Assembly: GCA_017499595.2 (NCBI GenBank)
Contig: CM039010.1
Span: forward strand, 1,426,001 to 1,490,000
Length of the DNA: 64,000 nucleotides
Direction: 5' to 3'
From: Psilocybe cubensis
Lineage: Eukaryota
The notes beneath the pieces are model-generated. The model worked only from the letters and a program-made list of their open reading frames with translations. It was not told the origin of the DNA and did not search any database. Below are positions 24,453 to 37,555 of the stretch, in pieces. The translations under genes and the position numbers were made by a program. The first letter of the stretch is position 1, and the number at the start of each line of letters is the position of its first letter.

Positions 24453-26516
24453 TCACGAATGACTGAGTGGGTGCACAGGCATAACTGAGTGACGAGACGA
24501 ATCCGAATCTTTGGAGCATATAGAAGAAGAGGAAGTTGGATTTGAAGGAATAGTGTTAGAAGTCGACAACTTTGACAATCGACGAAAGATGCTTCCAGAT
24601 TTGCCCTCCGATTCAGGGTTTGGTGCGTTGCTGGATGGCAGCCTTGGTCTTCGCATCGACGTGACAGACCTCCGCAGGCTATGAACGACTCCTTGCATTT
24701 TGGGCCGCAACGTTGATTTTCTCACAAGGTTCACAAAGTTACCTCCAGCAGACGGCGAGGCTGTTTGTCCTGAGGTATTCGACATTGTCGAAGTCGTTAT
24801 AAGATCCGGAGGTAAGATGTCTTGAAACGTCTTTGGGACATTACTATCAGGTCCGGTGGGTATAGTAGACCTCCTGCCAGTTGCTACGGAAAATGGCTCG
24901 AGTTGAGCATGACAAAATTTAGATATGTACTTACAAGAAGCAAAGGCGCTTGGCCTTGTTTGCTCTAGCGAGGAAGCAGACGCGACGGGTGTCAAAACTC
25001 CATACTCCGACCCTGGTTCTCCTCGGTATAACATCAGCAAAAGTGCTCGGATCCCCAAATGCCTTGACAAGGCATTTGGAGGCGTCCAAAGGCCCCAATG
25101 CCCGAAAGGCATTGTGCGGTTCGTAACGAGAGACTCCGAAGACTGAAAGGCTTCGAATTATTTATTCCAAGGAAATGATTTAGGTGGTACTAAATATAGC
25201 CAAATCATTTGGTTAAAATTTGAGAGTGTCCGTAACATTTAGGCAACATTTGGGAGTCCCAAAAACATTTGGCAAACATTTGCCAGTGTTTAAATGTTTT
25301 ACACTGTTCACATGGTTCCTTATTTAGTGGATCCCTCAGATTATCATAGCAAGTAAACAGAACTTGTTGCATTAAGAAAACTTATACTACAACATGACTC
25401 CAAAAGGTACAGAGAAGCGAGAAAGTGGTTAAATAACAAAATGATGCTGAGATGATGTCATCAATAGATGTTACCCATGAATTATAGGAGCTACTTTGGT
25501 TGCATGATGTAAGCAAGGTGTGTGTGCAGAAGTGCGCATATACTCACCTAAAAGTTTGGGAACTAGTGAATAATTATATACCAAGCCGGATATCCAGTAG
25601 ATCTAAGGCAGAAGGAGAACGGTCTACGAAAAGGCAGATACATGGTCAGTTGAGGATGATCTAATCAGAAAGGAAGTGGCAGAATTACCTGTGAGTTAGA
25701 TTCAGCTATGATATACGAAGACTTAGAGTTGAAAAGTCCAAGCCCAAGTCCCACCAAGCGTCGCCGGAGTAGTGAACATGAGAGTATGTGGAAAGAAAGA
25801 AACGGGGGTTGAAAGAGATTATTATGCACAAACAAACAAATATTTGATCTCCGATTCACTCCGATTTATGCTGATCGCATTGTGACTTCGTTGACAGTCG
25901 AGAAATTGTACAGACCGGATGACCAACTGTACAGAATTCTAATTAGAACTAATGTGGCTGTATAGCCAGTAAATTTTGGTGTGGATGAATTATTTCATCA
26001 GCATTTGAAAGTCCTGTAAACATTTCTCATAACCGAAGTGTAAAACCAAATGTTTTGTGACCTCTTTTAATTTTGTTAAATGATTCCTTCAAGGTTGCAC
26101 AGTCTACGAATTTTTTTTTGTAAATTGTAGTTACTAGAAATTATTTGGTGCTTGTTTTGTGCTTCAAAAATGTTTGTGGGGCCTCCAAATGACCACCAAA
26201 TGATTTGAGTGTTCCCAAATGTTGCCCAAATGTTTTGCGTGACATTACTGTGTCACGTAAAACATTGGCATGCCTTATAAGGCTCCCAAGGCATTTGGGG
26301 GTCTGGTCACTTTTGCTGATGAAATTGCCATGGGAATCTTGAAAAGTGTATACTCTTGTATCACTATCGTAGCTTATACGCTTGAAGCCCTCCGGTAGGC
26401 GCGAGAGATCCTGGTCATATCAGAAAATAAATTAATCCTTTTTGTCAATCGTATATCGATCATTAACAACAGAAAAGAGACCTTACATCGTCGTGATGGG
26501 TAAATCGGTTGCTCAT
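24453..26516 (-). pseudogene. Transposon-disrupted gene; N-terminus resembles the RLPEG..RIGYDAD motif seen at the start of fungal CBM50/LysM-annotated proteins, but no LysM domain is present
   Basis: Exon 1 26516-26487 (MSNRFTHHDD). Exon 2 DLSRLPEGFKRISYDSDTRVYTFQDSHGNL|YRGEPGSEYGVLTPV is in frame only after removing 25032-26321 plus one AA. Intron 24934-24884. Confidence 0.8.
25032..26321. mobile_element. Non-autonomous DNA transposon, 1290 bp, 2-bp TSD (AA), CMC/EnSpm-like
   Basis: TIRs CATCAGCAAAAGTG..CCCCAAATGCCTTG / CAAGGCATTTGGGG..CACTTTTGCTGATG; inverted subterminal AACATTTG/CAAATGTT arrays; no transposase ORF. Superfamily is inferred. Confidence 0.88.
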
Positions 26517-27276
26517 ACTGTACTTGATGATTGTGAAGATAGGAGTGAAGGCTAAAGGAGGTAGTAGTTGGAAGAGAACCCAACGCAGGCCGCGTGTTGA
26601 TGAGTTGGCCTACAAACCAACCACCTCCAACCATCAGCTGCAACCAACCGCACATGAACGAATTAGGGGTTTCATGAGACAGTAAAATCTCCGCTTGAAT
26701 TGTTACGATGCAGTCCAGACTGTCCAGTTACTGCTTGTCACGTTCTTTATTTCCTACCTCGACTTGGAGCTCGCACCATTCATCCAAGCAAATAATAGGT
26801 CTGGTCTAGATCTTGTAAATCCATAATTCCGCTCTATATCCTCTGATATTTATTCACCCCAATGAGCCGATGCAAATCTGATTATTGGTGACCCCCCCTT
26901 TTTCGCACAAATCGGGAAAAATACTCGATAGGAGGAGGCGCAGCTTCGTCTTTTGTGTCTTTATTGGAACTCTAGAGCACTCACTGTCAACTGACTGGGT
27001 TCTTGTTATTCACAACTTGTGGAAGTAGGTCTGTCTGGCGAAAATGGAATATTAGGGCAAGCTGAAACTATCTGCCTTTTACTTTGTCTGGGTTGATGCA
27101 CCTCGTATGATCACTCGTGCTGTCTGATTTATGTCAATCTCGTGTTGTGGACTCTGTTCACCTTATCGCCTGGGTCTAAAGGTTTGCCAAGATACTGGCC
27201 AACGAAACTCATGACCTTCGTCACGCTGTGGTGAGGTGGGAAGGCCTATCTCTTGTATGGATGAAAGGGGCATTTA

Positions 27277-28367
27277 TATGGCTGTCCGTTTGCACATTTA
27301 ATACCAAAGTATAAACTTCTTTCCCCATACATATAAATCACAATTTTTCTTGAACCCAACTATATACCTTGGTGTCCCGGTTATAGAGAGATAATTTCCG
27401 AGCATAGAAGAAATTATCCCGATCATTGTATTTGCATGCCCTTCAGTTTGAATGGGAGCTGCACACATAAGGGTATGCTATCCATACATAAAAAACTCAG
27501 TACCATAGTCTGTGACCCTCTCCGCATGTACCTCAACTTTTGTCCGAAGATATAGAGTTGTCCAGATGAATATTATTCGTGCCTTCCGTGCCGTAGAGGC
27601 GTGGGAACTCGATTTTCGTCCCGCTTGCAGTGGCTTGCTACTTGTGAAGAAAGTAGGACAGTCATTACAAGATTATAAAATTAATCATGAGCATAAACAC
27701 TCGTACATTAAAGTCACATAAGACTGAATATAGACTACTCCAATGCAATTTTCTGTCTGCAACCTCAACTTAGGCCTTTTTAAGCCTTAGCACGGCGACT
27801 GGGCTGGTCAAAGCACTCGTCTCAAACTATGAAGACAAGCTACTTCTGTAATCAGCCTACACAGGAATATATTTACTGATTAATTGGATAAATGTGCATC
27901 TTTTTAATGTTCAATCAGCGTGTGTCGATAGGCATACAGGCAATGAACTGTAATTTGTGTCCACATTTGCCGAGATTTGCCGATTCTCACGATGTCTAGG
28001 CATGCACGGCATAGACAGAATGCCGAAAAATGACTGTATATCTTCGGGATGAAGAAAGGTAAGAACAATCATACGGGGAACCTTCAGATATAAGTAAGGC
28101 AGCAAAATATGTATAAAAGGGAGTGTTTCCTCTATGTAAGGGATTGTAATTTGTATATGTGGGCACCAAAACTATATGTATGGCACTCAAAGTTGTATCT
28201 GAGGATGCAACCTATGAATATATGGATACTGGATTTATATGTTCGGAAACCATCTCTCTATATCCAGGACATCAGAGTGTGTATATGGAATTGTGTAGAA
28301 TTGAGACTTCTATGTATGGGACAAAAAGTTTATTGATTGGTATTAAATGTGCAAACGGACAGCCATA
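27277..28367. mobile_element. Non-autonomous DNA transposon, 1091 bp, 6-bp TSD CATTTA, IS3EU-like termini
   Basis: TIR TATGGCTGTCCGTTTGCACATTTAATACCAA / TTGGTATTAAATGTGCAAACGGACAGCCATA; CATTTA at 27271-27276 and 28368-28373. Confidence 0.88.
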
Positions 28368-29028
28368 CATTTATGGCTACATATAGCCCATAATTGTGAT
28401 TCTATGACATGACCCAGATCTTTCCTATAAACCATCCTACCTCAGAAACTCGTATACGAGACCCCTCTCTCATTTGGTAGTTCACGGCAGGATGGCCTGA
28501 TCTAATCGTCACCACCATATGTCTAATATTTGGAAGACAGTTCTGCGGGCCTGATATCTTCGGAACAATACCCGAGTCCGCATGTACGAGCGCTGTGTCT
28601 CCGCTTTTTAACATAGTAGGTGGAGTTTTTTGAGATTGTCATATCAAATTCCATGCGAATTCGTTGAATTGAATCAGGTGAGAGTATTTTTGTTTTATTT
28701 ATAACAATCGTATGGTACCCAGATCTCCGTTCCTCATGACATGGAAGCGGTTCACAATGTAACCTGGTTTATGTTCTCGAGTCTGTTTAGTCTGGACAAA
28801 ATCTACTCATTTATAAACAAGAACCACCGGAATTTACAGCGATTATTGCAGACTCCCAAATCGGAGACGTTCTTACATACCCAGATGGAGATACGTAGTA
28901 ATATACTTGAGCCCTAATGTGAATCACGTCCAAAAACAGTCATACATGTTCCTCTTTGAATGGCCTGCTAGGTGATGATCACCGTTTAATTAAAACGCAT
29001 CAACTTGAACCGTAGACTGTGCTTTATA

Positions 29029-29804
29029 CTAGTAAATCCCTGGTATCAGAAGGTATGGAACATCTTTAGCCCACGCGTCCCATTCATGGCCAAATTTTTC
29101 CCTCAACGCGGCGTCTTCATTCGACATCCTCGAAAGCGTGATTATCTGCATGTGAAGTATTGTTGGGATTAGGTATGCCGTGAACGCCGCCAGCCCAATT
29201 GGAGTTTCGAGCAGTCCAGACTCCCTGAGCCAAGACCCTTCTGAGCAGTGATATATAAACCACCCAACAGTGGCGAGTGTCAATCCAGTGTAGCTAGGAT
29301 GACGGACATAAGCATATGGCCCAGTCTTTATCAGCTGGTGGTCTTTTTGGATGCTGATTTGGAAACGGAAGAAGCGACCCAAGTCCCTAAATGCGCGGAT
29401 GCGTATGGCCGCCCCCATTATACTTAGGATGGCACCAAAAGCGCCAAATCGACTTAGGTAAAGTCTGTCTGGATTACGGCCACCCATCAGGAACATTGCC
29501 AGCTCTTTCTGCGAGTTTGAAATGATAGGACCGGCATGTGCAAATAGAGCTGATATCTCGACTGCAGCTAGTATAATCTGTCCAAGCTAGGTGTATATAT
29601 CATGAGCTAAAAGTATTGTGGTATTAGGGATAGTTTATGCCAACGTACGCGGGCGAACTGAAGCCTGTACAGTCTCAAAGCCTGGAAATCGGTTTTTGAG
29701 GTGGGAACAACCTCCTCTGCTGTCGGAGGAGGTTGGGGTGGTGTTAGCATAACCTTGAACCCGACGGTCAAGATGATGATAATGGGGATTTTCAGCAGAG
29801 ACAT
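29029..29804 (-). CDS. Isoprenylcysteine carboxyl methyltransferase (ICMT/Ste14)-family membrane methyltransferase, paralog 1 (one intron ~29588-29648)
   Basis: HQLIKTGPYAYVRHPSYTG; RMSNEDAALREKFGHEWDAW..VPYLLIPGIY. Confidence 0.9.
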
Positions 29805-30195
29805 CTAGCAGGTTCTCAAAGGAGCTGAACAACTCACATGTGTGGCCCAAAGACTATTTAACCGCTCTCTGTTGCTGATTCCATCCTTCTTCCGGACGAA
29901 ATCATTGTCGTTTCAAATAGGTCTACTTGGAGGAACCGAACAAAGCGTTGACATTTCCGCGTTATATGGGGATCGGTGTGGGTAGACTTCGAAGCGGTGC
30001 CGCCATTAACTGGAATTTAAAACCCTTAAGCCGGGCATCGATTTTCCGTTTGCGGCTCGTTTCGTACTGTGAAAAAGTGACGTTACGGTCCTGCTACATT
30101 TTATTCTATGGTTTCACAAAAGGAGAAAAGTGGTATTGTAACGGCAGATCGGGTGAACCAGTGAGAAAACAAGGTAAAGGCAACTATATCAAAAT

Positions 30196-30965
30196 TTAAT
30201 AAATTCCGGGTATCAGCCGATAAGGCACTTTGCTTGCCCATGCATCCCATTTCTTTCCAAATTTACTCCTCAATGCCTTATCCTCGTTCGACATTCTTGA
30301 GAGTGTGAAGGCGGGACCAGGAAGCATAAATAGTATGATGAACGTGGCTAACGTAATGGTTCCTCCCACCGAGTCCAGAAATGCAGACTCCCTAATCCAG
30401 GATCCTTTTGTCCCGTACCATAAGCCCCAACCGAGGTCGGCTAGGATGATACCACTGTAGCTAGGATGTCGAACATAGGCGTAAAGACCTGTTGTTACGA
30501 GTTCATGGTCTTTCTGAATACTGATGTCAAAACGGAAGAAACGGCCTAGATCCTGGTAGGTGCGCATCCTCATCAAATATCCGCATACCCAGAAAAATGC
30601 GGCGAGATAGCTTAATGGGTGGAGTTGGAGGCGTCCGGGATCCTTTTCTTGGAAATAACAGAGGTATAGTATCTTCTGCGACAGAGACGACGAGGGATAT
30701 GCATTGGTAATTATGGAGATGATCTCAACGGCACCGAGAAGAGTCTGTCCAAGCTTGAATAGAGTTTCTGTGAGCACTCAGGCATTTGGATTCAAGAGAA
30801 AAAGCATACTCTTGACATCTGGAGTATAAAATTTCTGCCTGATACCCAGTCAACTTTGGCAGTGGCCACCATATCTTCCTTCGCAGGAGCCGGGTTTGGA
30901 GCCGTGAACATAGCATTGTAAGTAAATGTCAAGATGCAGATGACAGGTATTTTAGCAAGCGACAT
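30196..30965 (-). CDS. ICMT-family methyltransferase, paralog 2 (one intron ~30755-30808)
   Basis: MSLAKIP start; HELVTTGLYAYVRHPSYSG; RMSNEDKALRSKFG..VPYRLIPGIY. Confidence 0.9.
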
Positions 30966-32201
30966 TGAGAAGGAAGTAAAGAACAAGAAACAAACATGGA
31001 TGGCATTTTATACGTAGGAGAAAATGCTCCTAAATTTAGTACCTTTTATTTCTCATCTTAGCTGAATCCGTAACCTGTATGAGATCTTAGATAAGCTGAG
31101 GGATAGGAGATAAAGTTATACTGCTTCCTGCTTTCAAGTCGGGGTTACATCTTTTGAGACCGCGCCATGGACGAGGTTGACAAGCACCATTCGGATCCAT
31201 AGATCAGATAAGCCTCAAAACTAATAGTAATAATTCCCAGGCAACTTTGAGTTTCAGAAGCAGTGCCTTAATCTACATGTGTGCTTCTGCCGAAGGCCCA
31301 GCAAAGAACATCAAATTAAACTAACCCCGTCGACTCGAATTTTGAGGTATCATGCCAAATCCCAACATATAGAGGCATCTTGAGCTAGTTTCAATAATTT
31401 GTGTTATTTCACGAGTGTTTGCGTTCTTCTTATTGTCGTCAGTGAACAGAACAAAAAACGTAGCTATCTTAAAAGGTACCTTAAATTTTACATGAGGTCA
31501 AGACACAAGAGCATTGCGCCAAAGCTTTTCATTGTTCTTTCAAATTAGCCGAAGTCACAGGGAAACGGCGACCTTGAGGCAATTTCGGCCCAGACTCTAC
31601 ATTCAGGAGAGTGTTAAATAATTTCAGCAGTGGACCAGCTTCGGACTAGGATTCACATCTAATTCACACATAGAAATGGAACTCAACTAATTAGAAAAAC
31701 ATTTATTCTGTCTATGTATCAAAACGTGTGGAGTGGGAGAGTCTAGTGCTAAGTTTGTAAGGAAGTGCAAAACTTCAATACCCAATGGCGCCTTGCAGCT
31801 TTCCTGCTAATTCCGATTTTGTGAAGGTGTGCTGAGGAGCGACCCTGGTAAGAACTGCAATGGTCCTGTACTCCTGCAAAGACATAAACATAAAATCACC
31901 GTCATTTTTGTCACAGTGGTTACTTTTACTTTCTGCCAAGGTATGGATGAGGCCCTGGAAGAGGCCCAAATTGTTTTAACTTTGAGAGGTGGAATGTCGG
32001 AGCTTAGACGGCACGTTTGCCGCTGAGTCATCATCGGAACGAGCCGTCAACGTAAACAACGGCGCCGGGGCGGCGTCCTGTTGCTCATCCCACTACCCTA
32101 TCATTTACGCGTTTCTAGATATCCCCTCATGCAACCTTTAGGTAAAAATCGCCAAGGGGGAGGCATATCGAGTACTTTTTTGTGCCGCTCAATGTGACGC
32201 G

Positions 32202-32966
32202 CTAATAGACACCAGGGATGATACGGTAAGGTACTTTTTCCCGCCATTCTAACCATTCCTTCCCAAATTGCTTTTTCAGCGCATCGTCTTCCTTCTCCAC
32301 GCGCAAGAATGTGACGAACGGAGGAGACAGTATGAAGCAAACGGTGAACAAGGTTAGGACCGATCTGCCGATACTATGACTCCACAAACCCGACTCTCTT
32401 ATCCAGGATCCTTGCGACCCGTTCCATAAGAACCAGCCAATATCAGCCAGCATAAGGCCACTGTAGCTTGGGTGACGAACGTATGCATACGGTCCGGTGG
32501 TGATCAATTTATGGTCTTTCTGAATGCTGACGGTAAAGCGGAAAAATTTTCCCATATGTTGATACGACTGCATTCGTATCGCAGCGCCAGCAAGCCATAA
32601 AATGGCTCCCAATATGCTGAAAGCGTTCAGGCGAAGTCGGCTGGGATCCCCACCAGGAAATGTCAGGGCCGACAGAAGGTGCTGAGATAGAGGGGATGAA
32701 GGACTAGTGTATGCTAATATTGTGGCAATTTCGGCCGTTCCAAGGATGATCTGACCGACCTGGACAAGAATTAGCGATGCTGGAACAACAATTATACCGA
32801 CAGCACATACATATGACGATGTGAGTATGATGTCCCGCGCTATGGAAACATCCACGCTAGCCGATGGAACCTCTTCGCCTTTCGGAGGGTCTGGATGGGG
32901 CGACGTCAACATTTCCTTGAAAGCAAGGGATAACACAGCAACGATGGGGACCTTAGCTAAGGACAT
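32202..32966 (-). CDS. ICMT-family methyltransferase, paralog 3 (in-frame 51-nt intron ~32760-32810)
   Basis: MSLAKVP start; HKLITTGPYAYVRHPSYSG; RVEKEDDALKKQFG..VPYRIIPGVY. Confidence 0.9.
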   Translation of the reverse strand: MSLAKVPIVAVLSLAFKEMLTSPHPDPPKGEEVPSASVDVSIARDIILTSSYVCAVGIIVVPASLILVQVGQIILGTAEIATILAYTSPSSPLSQHLLSALTFPGGDPSRLRLNAFSILGAILWLAGAAIRMQSYQHMGKFFRFTVSIQKDHKLITTGPYAYVRHPSYSGLMLADIGWFLWNGSQGSWIRESGLWSHSIGRSVLTLFTVCFILSPPFVTFLRVEKEDDALKKQFGKEWLEWREKVPYRIIPGVY

Positions 32967-34178
32967 TGTGGGTGATTGGAGTCTAGGTTGACTCGCACTC
33001 GTCGCCGACACACCAGACTTTATATAGGGGATGAAAAATCGCCGAATAGAAACGTTGTAGGTCTAATAATGTATCTACTCCGAGTTCCGAGTTCTGATGA
33101 ATGTCATGATATGTTAGTGTTGGTATTCTCCGCGACGCTAGCTTCTAGTACCAACTAACCATTATCAAATCCCTGCGCGCAGAATTACTATTGTTCGCTG
33201 CATTGTTTGCTGTCCATGCATACCGATTATACAAACTCAGCCACCCTCATGGACATCAAACTCGTCCACAAATCCATATTTGGTGGTTATAAATATTTGC
33301 CAGTTGAACCCGGTTATACGTCTCTTCAAACTTTTGATGAACCGTCGTCCTCAGTACTACTAGGCTATATATATAGAACTATTCAACATGCAGTCTGAAT
33401 TATTAGGGAGCTCATTGTTTAAAACTCACGTATTTCAGTGTATTTCTTGCACAAATTAGAGCAATCAATTTTATCGAGAAAAAATGGGCGAGAAATGGTT
33501 GAATATTCACTGGACTTGAAGGCGAATAGTGGCTAACACGTAGCTTAACGGAGAACTTGTGAATCAATTGATGTTTCGATGACGCTAGATTGGACTGAAT
33601 ATGTAACCTGGATGTGGTTCATCGAAAGTGCTGCAAAGACAACAACTCTCATCCCATCGGTAACCGTGATCTGAAGAAAAAACACATGTCCAATCCAAAG
33701 GTCTTTGATGAAAATGGTAACAATACCCTGATCCAGCTCTATTTTGGCATTACTGTGTATGTGGTGAGAGGTGCGGTCTGTTTCCTTGTGAGCTTCAATC
33801 TTTGTGAACACGGGAGGTAGTTATATCAGAGAGATATCCGACTGTCTGGGAACGATTATCACTGGCAGCAGGCAGGTGTGTCGATTTGAACAAAATCTTC
33901 CCCGACATTCATGTTTGACGGATTTTATCCCATCGCTGACAACATGGCATAAGCTGCCACTGTAAATTCACAAACCTTCCTTCGCAAATCGGGAAAAGAG
34001 AAACAGACATTAGATATATATGGGCAAGTGGGGTAGCAATTATAACTGACCATCATTGAGGGTAGGAAGAGATTCTACTCACCTAACAGAAGTTGACGTA
34101 GCATTTTAGACAACAAGACAAAAGAGTGGCCAATATATAACCTGCATTGAACGTAGATAACAAGTTCAAACCCGGTAT

Positions 34179-35583
34179 TTATCCTTGGAAAGCAACTCCA
34201 GATTTGGATGTCTCAGCCAGACCACCACCAGCAAATCCGGTACCTGGAGCACAAGAAAAAAATCAGAAATGATGAGGTTTGTAATTTCTCACACGACAAG
34301 ATGCATTACTAAAGAAAACGCAAAATTGAGGCGTACCTTCTCTTTTCAACTCTATCACATCTTTATCCTTTAGCTTGACATCACAGACAATGCACTGCTT
34401 CCCCGGGCGCACAAGCGTGTCTGTACACGTCTTACAAGTGACATGGCCACATGGCTTGCTTACTGTTACCCAGGAGTGAAGACAGAGAAGATGAAGACCG
34501 GGTAATTAATGGTTTCTAGATCCACTTACGGAAAAGGAGAACACTGTTTGACAGACGCTTTTTACATGATGGACACATGGGTTCAGCATCGTCTTTCTTC
34601 ACTTTGGTGCTGTCTTCAGTTGTACCTGAAGATGAAGCGTTGTAAAACGTGAATTTGACAGGAATCAAGTTTTTCATGCTGTAAGATAGCTTTCAGACGA
34701 CATTCAAAACCAGTGGAAGGGCAGTGAACTTACGCCAATGGATGGGAAACCGCCTGGCCACCACCGCGACACACTGGTTTGAATGAATCCATCTGCGTCT
34801 GTATCTCCTCCAAAGTTTGTGGAGGGGGTCCAGCTGTATGCGTTGGTGTTAAGGAAGGGAGCCAAAAATCTGGAAGTTTGTTTTTGAGTGCCTCGGCCTG
34901 TTCAGCTTCTATCTTTTTCAAAGCAGCTTCTTCAGCCTGGAGGGTCAGGGCAGACACGGTGCTCTGGGAAAATGAGAATGGTGTAGATGGGTTCTTGCGT
35001 TTCGTTCCCGTCTCTGTGAGCTACTAGGTCAGGAAACCTCTTGACGAGAAATATAAGTTCATACTCTGGTCATCTTCTTTGGTTTCATTTGTGGCCTCTT
35101 TTGAGCTCCCTGCACTGAGTCCTCCGAGACCTAATTGACCCTTCTCGAAATCCAACAACACGCGTTCTCTAGCTGCTTCACGCGCTCTCGCGCGTTCTGC
35201 CTCGGCTTCCTGCTTTAGAGTTTCGATCTTAGCCTTCTGTCGCTTAATGGCGTTCTTTTGAGTAACTAGAGCAGTCGAAAATCAGAACGATTGCAACAAC
35301 CTTTGGGCCATAAAAATTCAATGAATGTACGCCTTCATGGCTACTAGAGAAAAAACGGGGTTCAAGACTCACGTAGATCTTTGTATACGCACTCCTTGCA
35401 GAATAAATGTCCTTCATTGCATACCAAGGGCTCGCGCGCCCGATTTAAGCAGAGCGCGCAAGCATCAAATCGACGCATAGACTCGTTTCCCAGACGTTGT
35501 TTCTTTGTACCATAGTCTAGCTTCTTATATTCCGCATAAGTGAATATCGATGATGCCGTATTGTTTTTGCTGTGTTTAGTCAT
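34179..35583 (-). CDS. NOSIP: Nitric oxide synthase-interacting protein homolog (RING/U-box type)
   Basis: MTKHSKNNTASSIFTYAE..YGT..RLG.ES.R.FD.C.LCL; LPDFWLPSLTP; C-terminal GTGFAGGG. Confidence 0.9.
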
Positions 35584-35841
35584 GATCAGGTAAGGCAAGG
35601 ATGAGACTTGTAGTTGAAATGGGGGAGCCGGGGCCGTATCGTTGCTTGAGAAAGGCTGGTGAACATCGGTGACAGCGTGCTCGTATTTGTACATGCTTGG
35701 CAACACCTTCCTCTCGATCTGAATCCTAGCGGTCCGGGTCTGGCTGATGATCAGTGCCCTACCCTTTTGTTCTTGAAGACAAGATTATCGAACCATTTCT
35801 TCCCCTCGTTCTCTTCCATTAACCACCACCATCGACATTCA

Positions 35842-37154
35842 ATGCCTAGGAAATTGGATTTCGACGACAGTCTTTTTGCAGATTTGCCGGAATGGGCAGA
35901 CGTGACGCCTGTCGAGCAATACGAGGGGGTGAACCCCGTCGCACCCATCTTTTACACACCAGAATGTGAGTCAAGTGTCCATACTGCTCTGATTGTGTGT
36001 ATTTAACATAGGTACATGATACAATGACCTGGTTGTAATGTAGACACGGATGCCACGAACTACTTCCGCGCAATCGTCCAAAGTGGAGAGAAGAGTGAAA
36101 GGGTGCTAGATCTTACCGAAAACATCATTAGGCAAAATCCAGCACACTATTCTGCCTGGCAATATCGTTATGAGACCTTGGTTTCGCTTTTACCTACGCC
36201 AACACCATCTTCACATCCCCTCTTGACTGCAGAAGTGGAGCTCATGGATGAACTCGCTGTACTCTTTCTCAAGACTTATCAAGTATGGCACCACAGACGT
36301 TTGCTAGTTCAAATAACCCGCGAACCACAAAGAGAACTTGATTTTATTAAAAAAGGACTGCAAGTAGACTCTAAGAACTATCACACCTGGAGCTACAGAC
36401 AATGGATATTAGGATTCTTCGGTGGAAAGGGGTCAATCAGTAAAGAGGGCGACGAAGAAATTGACGAGGATCTGTGGGCCAGTGAACTGGACTTTGTGGA
36501 CACCCTTCTGGCCACCGATGTTCGAAATAACTCGGCCTGGCACCATCGCTTCTTTGTTGTCTGGGCCTGTGGAGTACGTGAAGGGGAAGAGGACCGAGAA
36601 CGGGTCCTCAAACGCGAACTCATGTGAACCTTATCATCGTCTTTTTTTTCTATCTGTTTCTGACGTAAATTTTGGCCTCAGCTACGCAAAACAAGCCATA
36701 TCCCTTGCTCCATCAAACCCATCAGCGTGGAATTACCTTCGGGGTATACTTGCGCACACCAATACGCCTTTTTCTTCATTAGTCACGTTTGCCGAAGCCT
36801 ATGCTTATCCACGCGAATCCGTTGATGCTAAGCAAAGGGATATTGTTGATCTAGAAAACCCACTTCCGAGTGAAAGTGCAGACTTACCTTGCGCAGAAGC
36901 TATGGAATTCCTGGCGGATGCTTGGGAAGTTGAAGGAGGACAAGAAAAAATAGATGCAGCTGTGACAATGTGGACGGCCCTGGCTAACGAACGAGATGTC
37001 ATGAGAAAGAAGTACGCATGTTTCCTCTTATGTTTTTTATTGTGGCAACATTTTCTGATCGTTGTATCCCCCTTACTCAAGATATTGGGAGCATCGTATT
37101 CGGGACGCGCATCTTGGTTTACGAGGAGGGCAGAAGAAGACAACGACAGCCTAA
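35842..37154 (+). CDS. RAM2: Protein farnesyltransferase/geranylgeranyltransferase-I alpha subunit
   Basis: EWADVTPVEQYEG..PI.Y; PPTA repeats NPAHYSAWQYR, KTYQVWHHR, SKNYHTWSYRQW, VRNNSAWHHR, PSNPSAWNYLRG; D.MRKKYW. Confidence 0.95.
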
Positions 37155-37555
37155 AATCAACCCTCTCCTATCAAATGCATCACGAAACGAAAGAATACCT
37201 CATATCATATCACATATCGATTGTTTGACTCATTGCGTATTCAATTTCACAATTTCACACATACAAATTACTAAAACTACACCAACCACGGCTTCGTATT
37301 CGAGAAGCCCCACGCAGCGTGGCTGTTCGGTAATCAATATTACTTGTCGATCTTCCACGAAGTTAATAAAATTTCCCTCGTGTCCTCCACTTTGATCTAC
37401 AAAGGGTCCTTGTCGGTAAGGATTGCGATATTAATTAATTTAAAAAGTAAGAAAGGCGATCGGTGCCAGCCTGTCGCTTCCGAATCAACAGGAGTGGAAT
37501 CAGCCAGCATATTACGCATTGGGATTTCAAGAAATGGTTTGCGATACGTCTTAGT

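Noticed and set aside
33500-33960. MSNPKVF cyclophilin-like start or a decayed membrane-protein gene
   Set aside because: Similarity is limited to a few residues; no coherent exon chain could be built.
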